From a virus: DNA of 64,000 nucleotides. Positions within the stretch are counted from its first letter, which is position 1. Each line of letters begins with the position of its first letter. The notes beneath the pieces are model-generated. The model ran no database searches. It was not told where the DNA came from and saw nothing but the letters and a program-made list of their open reading frames with translations. The position numbers and the translations under genes were made by a program. The stretch is taken from positions 64,001 through 128,000 of IMG/VR virus record IMGVR_UViG_3300008255_000101. One strand, given 5' to 3'. Shown piece by piece: positions 60,076 to 64,000 of the stretch.

Positions 60076-62040
60076 TTACCTTCGGCGGGGACCTGGGCCC
60101 ATCCCAGGACCCATACCACCACCAAATCCGTTGTACCTCCCACCACCAGATTTATAGATCATGCCTGTGGAGGGTCTATTTAGATCCATTCTTCTAAGAT
60201 TCTTAGAAAGTGCCATATGGCCCTGGCGGCCCTTTGATGTCCTAGGCACTTTGGACCCCTTGCCTCCACCAGTGATGTACTCCGAGGCAAGCTTGACAGA
60301 ACGAGCTAGAGCATCACTCAAGTCGTCATGGCGGTCCTTTCCTTCGGGCATAAACACCTTGATAACGTACTTGGATTTTTGAAGGACCTGCAGTTTGAGT
60401 AGTTCCTGGACAAGCTCGGAGTCCTCAGGTTTCCCGTTGGGTCCTGTAACGCCGGACGCTGGTAGCCTTATACCACGAGTCATGAACTTGGCCATAAGGT
60501 TCTGGTAGATCTCTGAGTTCAGGGTATCGTTGAAATGCCTGTCCTGCATGGTCAGGATCCCCTTCCTTTTAAGAATGGGGAGCACAGACATAGCGTAGTA
60601 TTGGTCGAGAAGACCCGCATGTATATTGTAGTGCCCGTGGATTTCGGCTATCCAATCAGCCATTTCCGCGGGGTCGAATGCCTGAAGCTTACCAGTGCTT
60701 TCGTCAAAGGTCTTTTCGTCTTTAGCGTAACGGACAGCGATCCAATCCAGAACGATCACGGGAGATTCCACCCCATCTACCACATCGCGTTCCACATGGG
60801 TCACTGCGATAGCAGTTCCATCGTTCTTAAGACCAACGTCAATACCCATAAAGTACGGTATACGCTCACTGGATCTTTCCTTCATGAAAAGTTTTTCGTC
60901 CACGCAATCGTAGACCAGGTCAGCGTCCTCAATCCACCCAGAAAGTCTATCCGAGAACTCAGCACCGTACTCCACAGAGAACACCACGGGGCTCTTGTAA
61001 TACTGAGATTTCAAAAAGGCAGTAGGAATTTTAGGATTCATTTCCCAGGACGGTAGCTGGATCATTAGGATGTCGCCACCCTTCTCTTCATCGAAAGATC
61101 TCTCGTACTCCTCCCAAAGCAATCCAGACTTATCGGCAGGCGAGGATATTAGGATAATCTTGCCTGCTGGGGAGCCGTCCGGGTTAGGGTACATAGCTAG
61201 CGATGGTATAATGGCTTCGTAAACAGCTTTGTCACTCTTATCGGAGGTGGACTTGCTACCTATTTCCTTAAAAAAGTGAGCGACCTCATCGAAAGCCACA
61301 AAGATATTGTTACGTCCGCGGGTGCTGCGGGCAGAGCATGCTTCAGCAATAAATTCAATGGTATACTTTCCGCCGCCAAAATCCTGGATATCCCTTTGGG
61401 ACTTCAGGTACATTTCTGTTTTATTTGGGGACTTAAGCAGATAATCCCTGAAAAATAGGGCACGTTCCAGATTGTTTGTAACACGGTCATAAAGAATCTT
61501 GGCGTTCTCTTCACTCGTGGACAGACAGGTCATAGATATGGGGTCATCAGGCATCACACCGTAATAACCCTGGGGGTGGTACTGCAGCATCATACAGTAC
61601 ATCTCGTAGTTGGCGATCATGGATGTCACAGTGGTTTTGGTACCACGGCGCCCACAAATCAGGGCCAGCGTATTACGAGTTCCGTTTAGGGGGCCGGGGC
61701 TTATTCGGCCCTCCTCCAGGAGGTACAAGTAAAACTCCTGTTCCGTAAAGGTGTACAGAAGATTTTCGTTGAACCTATCAAAAATTGGTATGTACCTATC
61801 GGTGTCATCCAGGGGTATACCGTAATAGGCTTTAAGGATAAATCTTTGGGCGGGTAGCAAAGGGGGCACTCCGGATATAGACCCCATGCCCAGACCCCAC
61901 GGGGCCTCTACGAATGTAATGACATCTACCTTGGTGTCGGCCTGATCTGTAACGCCCGCGGCAGACCCCAACATGCCGGCAAAGGTGGTCTTTACCTTCT
62001 CGGGGTTGTTTCTTCGGGGTACTAGATCTTTAGGGGCCAT
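60076..62040 (-). CDS. terL: Terminase large subunit
   Basis: Walker A ICGRRGTKT, Walker B FVAFDE, motif III ISSP, nuclease MGIDVG and HDDLSDA. Confidence 0.92.
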   Translation of the reverse strand: MAPKDLVPRRNNPEKVKTTFAGMLGSAAGVTDQADTKVDVITFVEAPWGLGMGSISGVPPLLPAQRFILKAYYGIPLDDTDRYIPIFDRFNENLLYTFTEQEFYLYLLEEGRISPGPLNGTRNTLALICGRRGTKTTVTSMIANYEMYCMMLQYHPQGYYGVMPDDPISMTCLSTSEENAKILYDRVTNNLERALFFRDYLLKSPNKTEMYLKSQRDIQDFGGGKYTIEFIAEACSARSTRGRNNIFVAFDEVAHFFKEIGSKSTSDKSDKAVYEAIIPSLAMYPNPDGSPAGKIILISSPADKSGLLWEEYERSFDEEKGGDILMIQLPSWEMNPKIPTAFLKSQYYKSPVVFSVEYGAEFSDRLSGWIEDADLVYDCVDEKLFMKERSSERIPYFMGIDVGLKNDGTAIAVTHVERDVVDGVESPVIVLDWIAVRYAKDEKTFDESTGKLQAFDPAEMADWIAEIHGHYNIHAGLLDQYYAMSVLPILKRKGILTMQDRHFNDTLNSEIYQNLMAKFMTRGIRLPASGVTGPNGKPEDSELVQELLKLQVLQKSKYVIKVFMPEGKDRHDDLSDALARSVKLASEYITGGGKGSKVPRTSKGRQGHMALSKNLRRMDLNRPSTGMIYKSGGGRYNGFGGGMGPGMGPGPRRR

Positions 62041-62045
62041 ATCAG

Positions 62046-62663
62046 TTATTCTCGTGTCTTAGCAAAAGCTTGTGCGTTCATGGCTGCATCCTTCTTAGCG
62101 GATTTCTGACCTTTGTAGGCCTGCTCAGCCATCTCCTCGAAACCCGTAAGTTTCTGCTGGAGCTTTAAGAAAAATCTCTTCTCGGTAGCTTCCTGCATCC
62201 CAGTTTCTTTAACGGCCTGCAGTATGAGACCGGTCATAAGACTGAGCACATCTTGGAAGCTGTCACTGTAGAAATCGATTTTACCGCCACTCTTGTCCTT
62301 CAGCTCTTTACTACGCTGGGACACCATCTTGGCAGCTTTTTCTAGGGATATGATTCTTTTTTCCGAGAGGATAGCCTTGGAGGCAACGTCGTTCGGTTGT
62401 GTCTGATTGGACAAAGACTTTAGGTAGGACGCCTCGGCAGCGACCTCCTCCAGAATGATGTCATAAAGACTGGAGTCGTCGTCCTTGGACCTTATGGCAA
62501 TACTCAGCCTGTCGTTGCTCTCGCTCCGCTCATCCACCAAATCTGTGGACACCGATCTACCGCCGACATCTGCGGACAGTACCTCGTGCGACCCTGATTC
62601 TTCAAGGGTTTCGGCATCGACGACTTCCACTTCCTCGACGTCGACTTCATTGTTCTTTCTCAT
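62046..62663 (-). CDS. Putative terminase small subunit
   Basis: Helical 205-aa protein immediately upstream of terL. Confidence 0.5.
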   Translation of the reverse strand: MRKNNEVDVEEVEVVDAETLEESGSHEVLSADVGGRSVSTDLVDERSESNDRLSIAIRSKDDDSSLYDIILEEVAAEASYLKSLSNQTQPNDVASKAILSEKRIISLEKAAKMVSQRSKELKDKSGGKIDFYSDSFQDVLSLMTGLILQAVKETGMQEATEKRFFLKLQQKLTGFEEMAEQAYKGQKSAKKDAAMNAQAFAKTRE

Positions 62664-62761
62664 AGTCGACTTCCGTTTTCGTATGTTATATCTTCCCAGT
62701 CTAGTTTACGCCCCCTCACTGGGGAGGGCTCGGGACTTCCTTTGGGGAAGTCCCTTTACGA

Positions 62762-63997
62762 TCAGAAATTGATGTTTCCCATCTGGCCCATCACGATGTC
62801 AGTGCTCTTACGTGGAGGTGTAATAACCGCAGACATGTCAATGTCCAAGGAGTTGGCAGTCAACCCCATGGAAACCGATGGGTCAATGTCGGGAGTAACC
62901 TGCGAAGCTTTCTTCACATGGGTCACTTTAAACGAGCGGCCTTGACGGCTGCAAGCCCCACAAACCTTACGGACGCAACTCCTGCACTTGGAACCTTCAA
63001 TGAGGGAGGCGGTCTTTGCCAAGGGGTAACCTTGAGACTGGCAGTTGTCGAGGGAATCCGCATGAATCTCATCCATAGCGGCCATAGCCTCTCTAACGAT
63101 CCCTATGGCTTCGCCAATTGGTACGTAGTTGGCAACTTTACTTTCCACGGAAGAGGCGCTTAGGCCAGCCTGGAACGACTTAGTGGCAGCAGTCTTGATG
63201 GCGCCGCGATCCACTTCTTGGCGAGTGGGTCCCACGGAGCTATACAGGTAACCCTGCTGGGTGCTTGCTATCTTCACATCAGTGGATGCCTTCTTTTCCT
63301 TATAGGAAGTCATGGCGGCCTTGATGATGCTGACAGGGGAAAGGGACGCATTCTTCACAGCGTCCAAAAGCTGTACAGCCACGTCACTGCTCAACTTGGC
63401 GGCACCGTGCAAAGAGGAAACCACTTCAGAAGCATGCTTCATAGTGATGTCTTCCACACCTGTAAGGATAGGTAGGCCTGTGCGGGTACGAATCTTTTCC
63501 ATGAAACCGTCGTCGACGGGCAAAGAATTGTGAATGAACTGTGGCTTCATGAAGGATCCGCCCACAGCATTGGTGGCAGCGTCTACATCAGGATAAGCCG
63601 ACACGTCCACAACCAATGGCCCTATGATACCTTGCTTCTTCACCATGCTGCCGATCTCAGGAGCGAACTCCTGGATGGTCGCAGTGTCCATGCAAGCACG
63701 GATACCATTCTTGAGGTCATCGTCCATGGCGCCCTTCAGCATGAGGTCCTGCACACGAGCAAGGACAGGCCTTACACGAGCGATACGAATCTGCGAGGCT
63801 ATCCTGGCGTCGCTGGCCATAACTTCGTTATGGATGGAAGCCATAGCTTGCTGTACGGTTTCAGGATTAGCGACCACAGATTCAACTGCGTCTGCGTGCC
63901 CTGGGTCCAACAAGGTCTCAGCCCTCTTTAGGCGGCCCTGCAAGAAAGCCTGGCGAAGATCCTCTTTGGTGCGAATGCTCGCTTCCTTAGTGATCAC
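62762..63997 (-). CDS. Head-associated protein rich in KxA(S) motifs with Cys cluster; may extend beyond the window
   Basis: KEAS, RIAS, KKAS, KIAS, KTAA, KTAS motifs and CRSC..VCGAC. Confidence 0.55.
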   Translation of the reverse strand: MITKEASIRTKEDLRQAFLQGRLKRAETLLDPGHADAVESVVANPETVQQAMASIHNEVMASDARIASQIRIARVRPVLARVQDLMLKGAMDDDLKNGIRACMDTATIQEFAPEIGSMVKKQGIIGPLVVDVSAYPDVDAATNAVGGSFMKPQFIHNSLPVDDGFMEKIRTRTGLPILTGVEDITMKHASEVVSSLHGAAKLSSDVAVQLLDAVKNASLSPVSIIKAAMTSYKEKKASTDVKIASTQQGYLYSSVGPTRQEVDRGAIKTAATKSFQAGLSASSVESKVANYVPIGEAIGIVREAMAAMDEIHADSLDNCQSQGYPLAKTASLIEGSKCRSCVRKVCGACSRQGRSFKVTHVKKASQVTPDIDPSVSMGLTANSLDIDMSAVITPPRKSTDIVMGQMGNINF

Positions 63998-64000
63998 GCC

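Noticed and set aside
60076-62040. Intein or intron in terminase, portal or MCP
   Set aside because: Motif spacing and lengths are ordinary, with no intein splice-junction signatures.
1-64000. Stop-codon reassignment
   Set aside because: Long intact genes and dense packing under the standard code, with TAA, TAG and TGA all used as gene ends.
1-64000. tRNA/rRNA genes, DGR, retron, integrase or IS elements
   Set aside because: No cloverleaf, reverse transcriptase, recombinase or transposase motifs were recognised by eye. A tRNAscan/Infernal run would be needed to exclude RNA genes fully.

Overview
This window is the virion morphogenesis region of a large (jumbo-type) tailed dsDNA phage, read in the standard genetic code with almost all genes on the minus strand. 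In transcription order (right to left) it holds a putative terminase small subunit and the large subunit, a 1960-aa DUF6519-like/beta-helix tail-spike protein, the portal, a cluster of small helical putative internal-head proteins, a prohead protease, scaffold, decoration protein and a small HK97-fold major capsid protein. Next come an accessory LAGLIDADG-methyltransferase/zinc-finger pair and several putative cargo proteins (HAD nucleotidase, zincin, ferritin-like, SWIM). These are followed by three Thr-rich collagen-like fibre proteins, one carrying a CBM11-like plus GH8 glycoside hydrolase module. The left end has an RHH regulator with a 1349-aa four-domain glycosyltransferase, then neck/appendage proteins. 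Three signals stand out. (1) A probable phage-encoded virion O-glycosylation system: the multi-GT enzyme, G-x-T collagen fibres, and isolated G-x-T-G motifs in other structural proteins. (2) A 13-bp putative late promoter, ATAAYCTNNTAAT, found 16 times. (3) A [K/R]-x-A-[S/A/G] motif and helical leaders shared by head proteins and metabolic enzymes, suggesting protease-processed capsid cargo. All functional calls come from motif recognition by eye; no database searches were run.
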